From Myxococcota bacterium (GTDB lineage Bacteria > Myxococcota_A > SURF-8), in contig CAXXPQ010000001.1 in the NCBI GenBank assembly GCA_963668655.2, positions 952,768 through 1,016,767 on the forward strand: a stretch of 64,000 nucleotides of DNA. The letters run 5' to 3'. Shown piece by piece: positions 35,118 to 44,800 of the stretch. The position numbers and the translations under genes are program-made. Under the pieces are notes generated by a model. It had not been told where the DNA came from, ran no database searches, and was given only the letters and a program-made list of their open reading frames with translations. Positions within the stretch are counted from its first letter, which is position 1; every line of letters starts with the position of its first letter.

Positions 35118-37129
35118 CGGCCGCCCCCGGCATCTCCATCTGCATGATGGTGAAGAACGAGGAGCATTTTCTGCCCCAGGCGCTGGATTCCGTCAAGGAT
35201 CTGGCCGACGAGCTCATCGTCGTGGACACCGGCTCCACGGATCGCACCGTGGAAATCGCGGAAAGCTACAACGCCCGGATCTTTCATCACCCCTGGGAAA
35301 ACGATTTTTCCAAACATCGCAACCAGACGATCGAATACGCCACCGGTGAATGGATCTTCATCCTGGACGCTGACGAACAGCTTGTCGACGGGGGCGCGGA
35401 GATCGTTCGGAAGACCACGGAAACCACCGAAAAAGACGTGATTTTTCTGCCGGTTCTTTCCATCGCCCGGGACGGAAAGCAGGAATCCACCCACAACTCC
35501 CTGCGGCTTTTCCGCCGCCGAACCGGTTTGCGCTATCAGGGGGCGGTTCATAACGAGATTCTCTGGGAAGGCCCCACGGCGTTCGTGAACGCCCGCCTCA
35601 ACCATTACGGCTACAATCTGTCCCGCGAGAAAATGCTGGCCAAGTTCAACCGCACGGTGGGATTGCTGAAACGGGAGATGGAGCGGGATCCGGAAAATCC
35701 CAAGTATCCCCATTACCTGGCGGGCAGCTACTTCGGCGAGAAGATGTTTCTGGAGACCTTCGAATACGCCGAAAAGAGCCATCGCCTCTGCAAGGGCGAC
35801 CGCGAAACCGAAATGCGCTGGCTGGAGAATTACTATCTCCTCGCCGCCAGCCTCTACGAACGCGGGTACGTGGAAAAGGCCCTGGAAACCATCCGTTACG
35901 GGCTGGGACTCTTTCCCGATTACCTGGACCTTTACGCCGTCATGAGCAGCATCGCCTTCGTCAGGAAGGATTTCGATCTGCTGCTGGAAGCCGGCACGCG
36001 TTTTCTGGAACTGCATCAGGAAACGCTCCTCGATCCGGCGCGTTTCGAAAGCATCGCCCTGCACACGGTGCACCATCGGCACCTGGTATTGATCCGCCTG
36101 GCCATCCGGGCCGAGCTTCTGGACGACCGGGACAGCGGTTTCCGCCATTACGAAGACGCGCTGACCAGCGCCTCCGATCCCACCGAGGTGGTCTCCAGCA
36201 TGGCCAATTATTATTTGCGGTCCGGAAACGCCGCAAGGGCCGAGGAATATCTGGAGGACGGATTGAGCCGTCTGCCCGGGAATCCGGATCTTTCCGAACT
36301 GAAAATCCGCCTTCTTCTGGAAACCCGCCGCTTCGACGACGCCCGCGACTTCCTGGAACGGGTCCGCGACGAGGGACTTCCCGAGGATACCGCGCTGTTT
36401 CTTTCCGGAATCATCGCGCTGATGGAAGGCCGGAATGAAGACGCCGTGGCGGATTTTCTCGCTTTTCGCGAATACGTGCCCGAGCGGGTGGAGGCCCTGA
36501 CCAACCTGGGCGTGGCCTACGAGCGTCTGGAACGTTTCGACGACGCGGAGCGGGTCTATTTACAAGCCATCGACCAGGATCCCTACAAATTGGACGCCTC
36601 CATCAACGTGGGCAATCTCTATGCCCGATTGAGCCGCCCCTTCGAAGCCATCGCCTTTCTGGAACAGGTCTTGCGCTACGATGACACGCTGATGGATGTT
36701 CATCTGATGCTGGCCCGGCTTTATTGGGACATCGAGGACGCCGATCGGCTGCTGCACAGGGGGCGGCAGGTGGGCCGCCGCCTGGAAATCGACGGAGCGG
36801 AAACGGCGGATTCGGTTTCCGGGCTGGGCGAGGTTTTCCGAAAGGCCGGAGAACGACTGTGGGAGAAACAGGGCATCCGGGCCGCCTCGCTGGCCTTCGG
36901 TCTTGCCGCCCAACTGCAACCCGGAGAATCGCTGGCCCATCTTCAGCACGGAGAGGCTCTGCTGGGGTTGAACCGCATCGCCGAGGCGCTTGGAGCCTTC
37001 GAAAGAGCCATGCTCCTCAATCCTTCGGACTGGCGTGTGTACGAGGGTCTGGCGCGTTGCTCCGAACGCCTGGAAGACGAAGACGCCACGGAATCCTACC
37101 GGGCCAAGGTCCGGGAACTGAAGCCTTGA
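35114..37129 (+). CDS. Family-2 glycosyltransferase fused to a long TPR-repeat domain
   Basis: The N-terminus ISICMMVKNEEHFLPQALDSV..ELIVVDTGSTDRT..FILDADE has the GT2 DxD motif. The C-terminal about 400 aa are TPR-like. The ATG overlaps the fliW stop (ATGA). Confidence 0.85.
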   Translation: MTAAPGISICMMVKNEEHFLPQALDSVKDLADELIVVDTGSTDRTVEIAESYNARIFHHPWENDFSKHRNQTIEYATGEWIFILDADEQLVDGGAEIVRKTTETTEKDVIFLPVLSIARDGKQESTHNSLRLFRRRTGLRYQGAVHNEILWEGPTAFVNARLNHYGYNLSREKMLAKFNRTVGLLKREMERDPENPKYPHYLAGSYFGEKMFLETFEYAEKSHRLCKGDRETEMRWLENYYLLAASLYERGYVEKALETIRYGLGLFPDYLDLYAVMSSIAFVRKDFDLLLEAGTRFLELHQETLLDPARFESIALHTVHHRHLVLIRLAIRAELLDDRDSGFRHYEDALTSASDPTEVVSSMANYYLRSGNAARAEEYLEDGLSRLPGNPDLSELKIRLLLETRRFDDARDFLERVRDEGLPEDTALFLSGIIALMEGRNEDAVADFLAFREYVPERVEALTNLGVAYERLERFDDAERVYLQAIDQDPYKLDASINVGNLYARLSRPFEAIAFLEQVLRYDDTLMDVHLMLARLYWDIEDADRLLHRGRQVGRRLEIDGAETADSVSGLGEVFRKAGERLWEKQGIRAASLAFGLAAQLQPGESLAHLQHGEALLGLNRIAEALGAFERAMLLNPSDWRVYEGLARCSERLEDEDATESYRAKVRELKP

Positions 37130-37348
37130 TCCCCCGACCGACGGACCGGAATACGGGCGAAGAATCCCGATATCCTACGCCTTTTCCCGTTTCCAGAGGC
37201 GGGCCGCGTGGATGAGGGAACGGAGGTTCGGAAAAAAAACGAACGGTTCCGCCGCGAACAGGCTCCGCATGCTTGCGTGTTTGCTTCTTTTCGTGTAGAA
37301 CGGTATTCGTATGAGAGGCCATTCATTTCACAAAGGGAGCGAGCCGGA

Positions 37349-37870
37349 ATGCGTGTTCTGTACTGCCCCAGTTGCCGGTCCGAATTCCGGGAAGGATTCA
37401 GCGAATGCGCCACCTGCGGCGTGGCTCTGGTGGAACATCTCGACGAGGCTCCGCCCGCCATGGACGACGCCTCCATGGCCGATTACCTGTCGGATCGGGA
37501 TGTCGTACCCGTGGCTCGGACCAATTTGGACGCCCTGAAGGGGCTGAAAAAGTTGCTTTGCAATAACGGGATTGCTAACATCATCATGCGGTCCGGGGAC
37601 GGAGGATGCTCCACGGGTTGCTCGCCCGTGTTGGATCTGGTGGTGGCGGAGGAGGACGTTCCCGCCGTCCTGGAACTGATGGACCGCGAATTTCGCGGCC
37701 TGGTGGGAACCGTAAGTGAAAATACTAAAGATTCGGAACGTTTGGACCGAGTAGTGAATTTGGAGGCGGAACGGATGGTCTGCCCGGCCTGCGACGAGGA
37801 AATTCCGGCCGGAGCGGGCGAGTGCCCTTCCTGCGGATTGTTCGTCGGAATACCGGAAGAGTTCGTCTGA
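37349..37870 (+). CDS. Double zinc-ribbon protein with a central DUF2007-like domain
   Basis: CPSC..CATCG at the N-terminus and CPACDEE..CPSCG at the C-terminus flank an alpha/beta core of about 90 aa. RBS AAGGGAG. Confidence 0.65.
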   Translation: MRVLYCPSCRSEFREGFSECATCGVALVEHLDEAPPAMDDASMADYLSDRDVVPVARTNLDALKGLKKLLCNNGIANIIMRSGDGGCSTGCSPVLDLVVAEEDVPAVLELMDREFRGLVGTVSENTKDSERLDRVVNLEAERMVCPACDEEIPAGAGECPSCGLFVGIPEEFV

Positions 37871-37900
37871 CGCAGCCATTGATTGAGAGAGGAGAAATTC

Positions 37901-38269
37901 ATGTCCGATGCCAACCAGAGGACGAAACCTCGTGTAGCCTTGAAGCTGGAAATCGATCTCCACACGGAGACGAATTTCTACACCGGTTTCGCGATGAACA
38001 TCTCGGCGGGCGGGATTTTCGTGGCCACCCATGTCCCGGCGGAAGTAGGCGAACGCATCCCCGTTTCCTTCTTGCTCCCCAACAACCCCAAACCCATCGA
38101 GATCATTGGGGAAGTTCGCTGGAACAGAGAGTACAATCCCATTTATCCGGACACCCACCCGGGCATGGGCCTGAAATTCGTCGATATCAGCGACGAAGAA
38201 AAGGAAATCATCAACGACTACATCCGGGACATTCGGGAGCCGTATTTCCATCCGGACGAGGACGAATAG
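37901..38269 (+). CDS. Single-domain PilZ protein
   Basis: RTKPR (RxxxR) and NISAGG (NxSxxG) at canonical spacing. RBS GAGAGGAG. My impression is that it resembles the myxobacterial TIGR02266-type PilZ paralogues. Confidence 0.75.
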   Translation: MSDANQRTKPRVALKLEIDLHTETNFYTGFAMNISAGGIFVATHVPAEVGERIPVSFLLPNNPKPIEIIGEVRWNREYNPIYPDTHPGMGLKFVDISDEEKEIINDYIRDIREPYFHPDEDE

Positions 38270-38364
38270 GATTATCGTTCGGAGTTGAATAATCCGGCGA
38301 AGCGAGCGTCTAATTCTGGGTGCCGATATTTCGAACGTCCGGCCCGATAAGGGAGGCCACGGTC

Positions 38365-38709
38365 ATGACGGATACGAAAAACCGCAGGAAAAACAGAAGA
38401 GTGCCGACCCGGGGAACCATTCAGGTCTTTTCCGAGGGAACGTTTACGGAAGGAACGGTGGGGGATATCAGCCTGGGCGGTCTGTTCTTCGTCGTTCCGG
38501 AGCGCATTCCCGAAGGCCGGCCGTTGCAGGTGCAGCTTCTTCTTCACGAAACTCCCGGCCCCATCGAGGCCGAGGCGATGTTCCGCTGGAGCCGCGATAT
38601 GGAAAAGGGCAAGCGTCGGGGATTCGGCGTGGAATTCACGGATATCGGTCCGGACGCCCAGAATATTCTCACGGAATTCATCGCCTCCGGTGGAATCGAG
38701 GAAGACTGA
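38365..38709 (+). CDS. Single-domain PilZ protein
   Basis: RRKNRRV (RxxxR) and DISLGG (DxSxxG). RBS GGGAGG. Confidence 0.75.
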   Translation: MTDTKNRRKNRRVPTRGTIQVFSEGTFTEGTVGDISLGGLFFVVPERIPEGRPLQVQLLLHETPGPIEAEAMFRWSRDMEKGKRRGFGVEFTDIGPDAQNILTEFIASGGIEED

Positions 38710-38739
38710 CGCCCCTCCTTGGAAAAAACGTTTTCATGA

Positions 38740-38772
38740 CCCCCTTCCGAACCGGACAGGGGGTTTTCTTTT
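38740..38772 (+). terminator. Intrinsic terminator after the PilZ pair
   Basis: CCCCCTTCCG-AAC-CGGA(C)AGGGGG stem-loop followed by TTTTCTTTT. Confidence 0.7.
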
Positions 38773-38885
38773 GGCTCGTCCGGAATTTCCGGGGAGAGGC
38801 TTCGTTTGATGAAAGGAAAGGGGCCTTTCTCGTTTCCTTCCCCGAAGGAGCCGCCTCGCGTCTTCGGTCGCGGGACGCTATTCGG

Positions 38886-38913
38886 TTGTGTTCCCGACGG
38901 AACATGGTATGAT
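38886..38913 (+). promoter_or_regulatory. Candidate extended -10 promoter for the micro-ORF/hbd unit
   Basis: TTGTGT, then 16 nt, then TGgTATGAT, 30 nt upstream of GTG 38943. Confidence 0.4.
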
Positions 38914-38942
38914 CGGCGGCGGATTGCAGAGGAGGTGACGAC

Positions 38943-39032
38943 GTGGACGACAGCCTGGTTTTCATCCTGATTTTCGCGGCCTGGTTCGTGTTGCAGCGTT
39001 TCGTTCTTCCGGCCTTCGGCGTCAGCACCTGA
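38943..39032 (+). CDS. 29-codon single-TM micro-ORF ending in TGA
   Basis: GGAGG lies 7 nt upstream of the GTG. The translation is VDDSLVFILIFAAWFVLQRFVLPAFGVST. The TGA is followed in frame by ATG and a 41-codon hydrophilic ORF running to 39158. Confidence 0.45.
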   Translation: MDDSLVFILIFAAWFVLQRFVLPAFGVST

Positions 39033-39199
39033 ATGGCGGATTCCTGCCGGGTTCCGGCGGAAAAACGGAAGAAAACAAAGGCGTTGGAAAGCACGGCCGA
39101 TGAATTCGAAAACCCGGATCTTTCGGATCCGGACAAGGATTTGAAAAAGACCGAATGAAAGCGAACGTAGCCCATTTAACGAAAGGAAAGGAAAAGGAC

Positions 39200-40045
39200 A
39201 TGGAGATGAAAAAGATCGGCATTCTGGGAGCGGGCATGATGGGAGCGGAGATCGCGCTTTGCTGTGCCCAGGCGGGCATGAGCGTGGTGATGAAGGAAAT
39301 CAGCCAGGAACTGGCGGACAAGGGCAAGGGGCGCATCGACAAGATCCTTTCCAAAAAGGTGGAAAAGGGCAAACTGGAGGAAGCCGCCAAAGCCGAAATC
39401 CTGCAACGCATCACGGCCACCGATTCCTACGGGGGATTCGAGGACGCCGATCTGGTGATCGAGGCCATTCTGGAGGTGGTGGACATCAAGCACAAAGCCT
39501 TCAAGGAACTGGATGAGATCTGCAAGCCCGAATGCGTCTTCGCCTCCAACACGTCCTCGATTTCCATCACCAAACTGGCCGCCGCCGCCCGTCCGGATCG
39601 TTTCGTGGGCCTGCACTTCTTCAGCCCGGCGTCCATCATGAAACTGGTGGAGGTCATTCCGGGTCTTCTGTCCACCGAGGAAACCGTGGCCGCCGGGCGG
39701 GCTTTCTGCGAAGCCATCGGCAAGGCTCCCGTGACGGTGAAGAACGTGGAAGGGTTCGTGGTCAATCGCATTCTCTGCGCGCTGATGAACGAAGCCTATC
39801 GGCTCTACGACGAAGGCGTGGCCAGCATCGAGGATATCGACACGGCCTGCAAACTGGGCCTGGGTCATCCGGTGGGACCGTTCCGCCTGTGCGACAATAT
39901 CAGCCTGGAACTGTTGGAGAAAGTCCACGGCATCCTGACGGAAGCCTATGGCGATCGCTTCAAACTGCCCAACGCTTTCCGGGAACGTATGGACGCCGGG
40001 CACAAAGGACGCAAGGTGGGCAAGGGCTGGTACGATTACGAATAA
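39200..40045 (+). CDS. 3-hydroxyacyl-CoA (3-hydroxybutyryl-CoA) dehydrogenase
   Basis: KKIGILGAGMMGAEIA is the Rossmann GxGxxG. The NTSSISIT motif and the C-terminal 3HCDH domain (GHPVGPFRLCD) are present. A purine-rich RBS precedes ATG 39200. Confidence 0.88.
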   Translation: MEMKKIGILGAGMMGAEIALCCAQAGMSVVMKEISQELADKGKGRIDKILSKKVEKGKLEEAAKAEILQRITATDSYGGFEDADLVIEAILEVVDIKHKAFKELDEICKPECVFASNTSSISITKLAAAARPDRFVGLHFFSPASIMKLVEVIPGLLSTEETVAAGRAFCEAIGKAPVTVKNVEGFVVNRILCALMNEAYRLYDEGVASIEDIDTACKLGLGHPVGPFRLCDNISLELLEKVHGILTEAYGDRFKLPNAFRERMDAGHKGRKVGKGWYDYE

Positions 40046-40098
40046 GAATATATCGCGCGGCCGGAAAAACGGTCGCACATCGATGATTCGAGTTTGAG

Positions 40099-40128
40099 GC
40101 GGATTCCTTCTATGGAATCCGCTTTTTT
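40099..40128 (+). terminator. Strong intrinsic terminator after hbd
   Basis: A 9-bp stem GCGGATTCC / GGAATCCGC with loop TTCTAT, followed by TTTTTT. Confidence 0.85.
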
Positions 40129-40186
40129 ATCGCCGGAAAGGCCGATACGCCTCTCCCTGAAACACATTCCATTTCCTGCCGGAGTT

Positions 40187-41812
40187 TCAGCGGCGGGTCA
40201 CCCGCTCCAGGATTTTCCGGGCCCGGCGAGCTTTTTCGGGGCGTTGAAGCTCCTCGTTGCAGCGGACCTCCAGGGCGTAGATGCGTGGATCGAAGGGATT
40301 GATTCCGGCGGCGTAGTCCAGATGCTTCAGGGCGTCTTCGTAGCGGCCCATCTCGGTGTAAGCCGTGGCGATACGCACGTGGCTCGGCAGATAGTTGGGC
40401 GACAAATCCAGGGCCGGCAGCAGGCGCGCCGCCGCGCGGTCGTAAGCCCCCATTTCCAGAAAGGATTCGGCCATGAAGTTGGCCAGCCTGGGGTGTCCCG
40501 GCCCCAGGACGTTTTCCGCCTTTTCGAATTCCGCCACGCTGGCTTTGGGATGTTCGCGATCCTTCAATAGCTTTCCGAGCGTCATGTGATTACGCCCGTC
40601 CCGCTTGGTGATCTTGCGGATTTCCCGTTCTTCCGCGTTCTCGTCCGCGCCGTCGAAGAGGATCGAATAGTCGTCGAACTGGTAATCCAGCATGCGCAGG
40701 CGGCGATGGCCGATGTCCGTGCGCCAGCGACGTTGCAGTCCGTTTACGTCGAAGCCGTAGACCCGCCGGAAGGCGGCGTCCAGTTCCAGGCCCTCGCGTA
40801 GCGCGCCCAGCAACTTCTTGAAGCCGTCGGCCCCTCGCAGACGGTCGAGCCACTGGATCATGGTCAGCACCTCGGCGAAGGCCAGCGCCGTGTGGTCCTG
40901 GCTGGGCAGGTAGGCCATGGAGGGGTGGATCTGTTCCAGGGTGACGAGTTTGTCTTCTTTCAGCGCCCGGGCAAGCAGCGACTCGGATCCGGCCTCCAGT
41001 TGTCCGCCCCGGGGCATGCGCCAGCGTTCCTCGTGGAATTTGGCCAGGCCCTCGTGCAGCCAGACGGGCACGGTGTTGGCCGAGACGCTGGAGATGGCCA
41101 GGTGGACGTACTCATGATTCAGCGTGTCGCGCCAGGCGAAACCGAAGGGCGAGACCCGCGGGCTGGTGACCATCAGCCGCCCGAATTTGCAGATGGCGAT
41201 GACGCCGGAGGTTTTCAGGTTTTCCACGGTGAGCCCCGTGGCCCGGGCCAGCATCTCCAGGCGCGGATAGATCTCGGCCACCACGCGGCGCTCGGGACGG
41301 AACCCCAGGTCTTCCGCCAGGGCGGCGTAAGTCTTTTCCAGGACTTCCAGTCCGGAATCCGCCAAAAGTTCGTCCAGACCCTCGGCGTAGCGGAATTCGA
41401 AATGCTCGCTCCGTTTCTTTTCGAAATCCTTCGTATTTTCGTAGGCCGCCAGCAGATACGGCGCGTAGTCGTTTTTCGCCATGAATGCCGGACGAAAATC
41501 CCTTGCGCCGTTCAGGTCGTCCAGGGCCTTTTCGTATTCGCCGATCTCGAAATAGTAGTGACCCAGAAAATACAGGGTTTCGGGACTATGATCCCCCGAA
41601 TCCAGAAGGGTTCTCGCGATTTCCCCTGCCTTTTCATGCTGCCAGGCCCAAAGCAGGCGGTGGCCGGTTTCCGTCAGCGTACGGATTTTTGCGCCGGTCT
41701 CGGCGGCGGCCGGAGGAGCGAACCCGATCCGGAGCCCGAAGGCCAGAAGCACGACGAAAAGACCCATGCGGCCGATTTTCAGGATTGTCCGTTTCATGGC
41801 GGAAGTCCTCAT
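40187..41812 (-). CDS. Secreted Peptidase_MA_2-like metallopeptidase flanked by TPR repeats
   Basis: It has a signal peptide, HEYVH followed by WLHEGLAKF, and TPR-like helices at both ends. The ATG overlaps the upstream stop (ATGA). Confidence 0.75.
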   Translation of the reverse strand: MRTSAMKRTILKIGRMGLFVVLLAFGLRIGFAPPAAAETGAKIRTLTETGHRLLWAWQHEKAGEIARTLLDSGDHSPETLYFLGHYYFEIGEYEKALDDLNGARDFRPAFMAKNDYAPYLLAAYENTKDFEKKRSEHFEFRYAEGLDELLADSGLEVLEKTYAALAEDLGFRPERRVVAEIYPRLEMLARATGLTVENLKTSGVIAICKFGRLMVTSPRVSPFGFAWRDTLNHEYVHLAISSVSANTVPVWLHEGLAKFHEERWRMPRGGQLEAGSESLLARALKEDKLVTLEQIHPSMAYLPSQDHTALAFAEVLTMIQWLDRLRGADGFKKLLGALREGLELDAAFRRVYGFDVNGLQRRWRTDIGHRRLRMLDYQFDDYSILFDGADENAEEREIRKITKRDGRNHMTLGKLLKDREHPKASVAEFEKAENVLGPGHPRLANFMAESFLEMGAYDRAAARLLPALDLSPNYLPSHVRIATAYTEMGRYEDALKHLDYAAGINPFDPRIYALEVRCNEELQRPEKARRARKILERVTRR

Positions 41813-44800
41813 TTCACCAGTTCCTTGTAATACTGACGGTTCTGAGGCTCGTAATATTCCGGGGACTTGCGCTTCATGGCCTCCAGCAGATCCTCTCGCA
41901 GTTCCTTGGGCGAACGGTGCTCCCCGGGTTTGGGAAGGGCGACCTTTTCGCGTTTCAACGTGCGTCCCGACCCTTCCTTCATGGACGGCTGCATCCCGCC
42001 GTATTTCATGCCGGACTGCATCTGCTTCATGGCCTCGCCGATGCCTTCCTTCAGTTGTTCCATGTTGTGGATGCTCTGCCGCTGGTGTCCCTCGGCCTGG
42101 CCGGGGCGCATTTCGTCCAGTTTCTGGCGGCTCTGTTGCATGCCCGCCGAAGCCGATTGCATCAGATTCTGGGCGTCGGGCGGCATGAAGGGAACCTCTT
42201 TTTCCAGTTCGGCCACGTCCTGTCGCAGGCGATAAGATTCCTGCTCCAACTGGCGCTGGCGGCGCGCCATCTCCTGAAGTTGTCGTTTTTCCTCCGGATT
42301 CATGAATTTTCCCGGATCCGGCATGGCCTGTCTCAGTTCTTCCGTGACCTCTTGCAAGCGCTTTTCCGCCGTTTCGGCGTGTCGGATGTTTTCTGCGTTT
42401 CCGTTTTTTTTGCCGCCCGGCGGAATCAGGAACGGATTCTTCAATTCCGAGGAAAGCGCCTGGAGGCGGCCCAGGGCCAGTTCCGCGATGTCCCGCGCTC
42501 CGCTCACGTCCCGGTTTTCAAGCGCCTTTTTCAGTTCCTCCATACGGCCCACGGCCACGTCCCGGTTCTGTTGGGTGGATTGACTGGGCGGCTGCTTCAC
42601 CGCTCCCGCCTCTCGGATGGCTTCTTGGACCTTTCGTTCCATTTCCGCCAGGTTCCGGTCCAGATCCCGTTCCATCTTGCCGGCCATGCGTTCTTGGAGA
42701 GTCTGCTTGCGTTCTTCGGTAACTTTTTGGATTTCCTTCTGTTTTTCCGTCAACTGATCCAGATCCTTCTGGAAATCCAGCAACTTCCGCATGGATTCCG
42801 AATACAGGGATTCGCCCAGTTCCTCGGAGCCTTTCTTCATCTGCTCCAGGGTGTCGTTGAGCATCATGGACAGGTTTTCCAGTTCCTGAAAAGCCTTGTC
42901 CAGGTCTCCGGACTTCAACGCCTGATCCAGGCCGTCCATGTTGGTTTTCATTTCCTGCGGATGCAGGGCTTCCGGATTGATGAACTCGTTGTTGGTTTCT
43001 TTCTTCACGTCGGCCATCTTCGCGTAAAGATCGGAGAGGCGTTTGCGCATTTCGTCCAAGAGCGCACGGATGCGTTCGGCCAGGGCCTCGTCCCCCGTGC
43101 GCTTGTATTCCTCCAGAAGCCTGCGCAACTCGTCCCGAATGTCGGAAAGTTTTTCGGTGTCGCCCACCAGGGCGTCGTATTTCTGCTTTTGGAGCAGTTC
43201 GTACAGGTCGATGATGTACTTTTCCAGGCGTTGGATGCTTCCCTCGGCCAGCATTTTCAGCTTGTAGAACACTCCCAGCGAAGCGCCTCCGCGCCCGTCC
43301 GAGCGCCATGCCTGCAAATCGCGCTCGAACTTCCAAAGGCTGTTTTCGTAATCCAAACGATGCATCGACCAGTCGTCCAGCATGGCCGTCATCAGGCTCC
43401 GGATCGCCTCGGTGGCCAGGGGATCGTCTTCCAGTTCCTTGGTCAAGCGCCCGAGCGGATCCACCAGAATTTCGTTCAACTCCGCAATATGACTGGTGAA
43501 GATCCCTGTAATGGCGTCCGGCGACTCCCGGATGTTCTCCGGTACGGGGTGTTCCAGCCGCTTGGCCAGAAGCGCGATCATGGATTCCCAGTATTTTTCC
43601 TGAAGCTCGATCAGTTTCTTGTGATGCTCTTGCACGCTGAAGATTTTCAGCGTGTGGGTTTCCGAGCGCCCGATCTTGGGACCGTTCACGCTGTCGTTGT
43701 CCTTGACCTCCACGAAATACGGAACGCGGTCGCCCTCCTTGAAGAGCGTGGCGGACAGATCCCAGACGGTCTCGCCCCGGAAGGATCGGCTGCGATCCTC
43801 GAAGGATTTCAATGGGATGCGACGTTCCTCGCGTTTCTTGCCGTTGTCGTAGTCGAACACCAGTTCCGCCGATTTCAGGCCGTAATCGTCCTCCAGGCGG
43901 TAGGAAAGCTCGATGCGATCCGTTTCCCGCACCTCCAGTTCCGTCGGGGGGTAATCCACGGCGGCGAAGGGCTCCCGGTCGGGCTTTATCCGCAGACTCC
44001 GGCGCAGCTTGTCGGACTCGCCATCGAAGGAAAAACGGTAGTGATCCTCACTGGTTACGGTGATTTCTCCCGAAAACGTGCGTCCCTCGCCCTTTTCAAG
44101 CTCCACGTCCGAGCCTTCCTCCAGATCCAGTACGGCGCGGTCGAAATCCCGGGACGCACGCACCTCCAGAGCCACCCGGGTTCCGGGCGGAGCCTCGATA
44201 TCGCCGGAAGAATTGGGCACCCGCAATGCTTCGAGCCCGGTGTATTCGGGGTAGTGATAGGTCAGATGGATGTCGCCGGCCAGGAAATCCAATCCGTTGG
44301 CCTCGGCGGAGGAACCGTTTCCTCCCCAGAAACTTCCAACGCTTTCCGGCGCAAGAAACAGAACCGCGAATAGCGGCAGAAACGCCGCGAACGTCCGCAG
44401 GGCCACGGGGCGAAGCGCGGAAAGCGGGACGATCGTCCGGGCCGAACCCGCCCGAAGGTTTTCGGATAAGGCGTCGATGGCGGCTTGGGCCATGCGGCGG
44501 GAATAGGGCGGATCCTGCTCCAGATCGGCGGCGAATTCCGTGGCGCTGACCAACCGGTCCCGCAGTTCCGGGCGGACGCTTTCGGCCAGCCGGGCCAGGT
44601 CGGCCGATCGGGCGTAAATGCGGCGGGGAATCCGGACGTATTTGGCGTACAGCCAGAGAGCGGAGGCCAAAAACCCCACGTAAAAAACCGATCTTCCGGT
44701 TCCGGCGGAGAGCCCGAGGGCATGCAGCCAGAACGCCGGAAGAAACCAGACCGCTCCTGCGGAAAGCAGTCGCAACAGGGCTTCCAGAAACAGCCGCGTC

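Noticed and set aside
38678-39175. A 165-aa minus-strand ORF spanning the PilZ-hbd intergenic region.
   Set aside because: It has no RBS and a low-complexity translation. It runs antisense through a plus-strand terminator, a promoter-like element and the well-signalled micro-ORF.
41485-44373. Very long antisense ORFs opposite real genes. Examples: 41485..44373 (962 aa), 46010..48454 (814 aa), 54429..56288 (619 aa), 27051..28934 (627 aa), 31348..33486 (712 aa), 11454..13307 (617 aa), 7704..9473, 22750..24537 and 59850..61628.
   Set aside because: Their translations are Arg/Gly/Pro/His/Ala-rich low-complexity sequence with no recognisable motifs. The opposite strand encodes clearly homologous proteins. 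This is the classic stop-codon-poor shadow-frame effect in GC-rich DNA.
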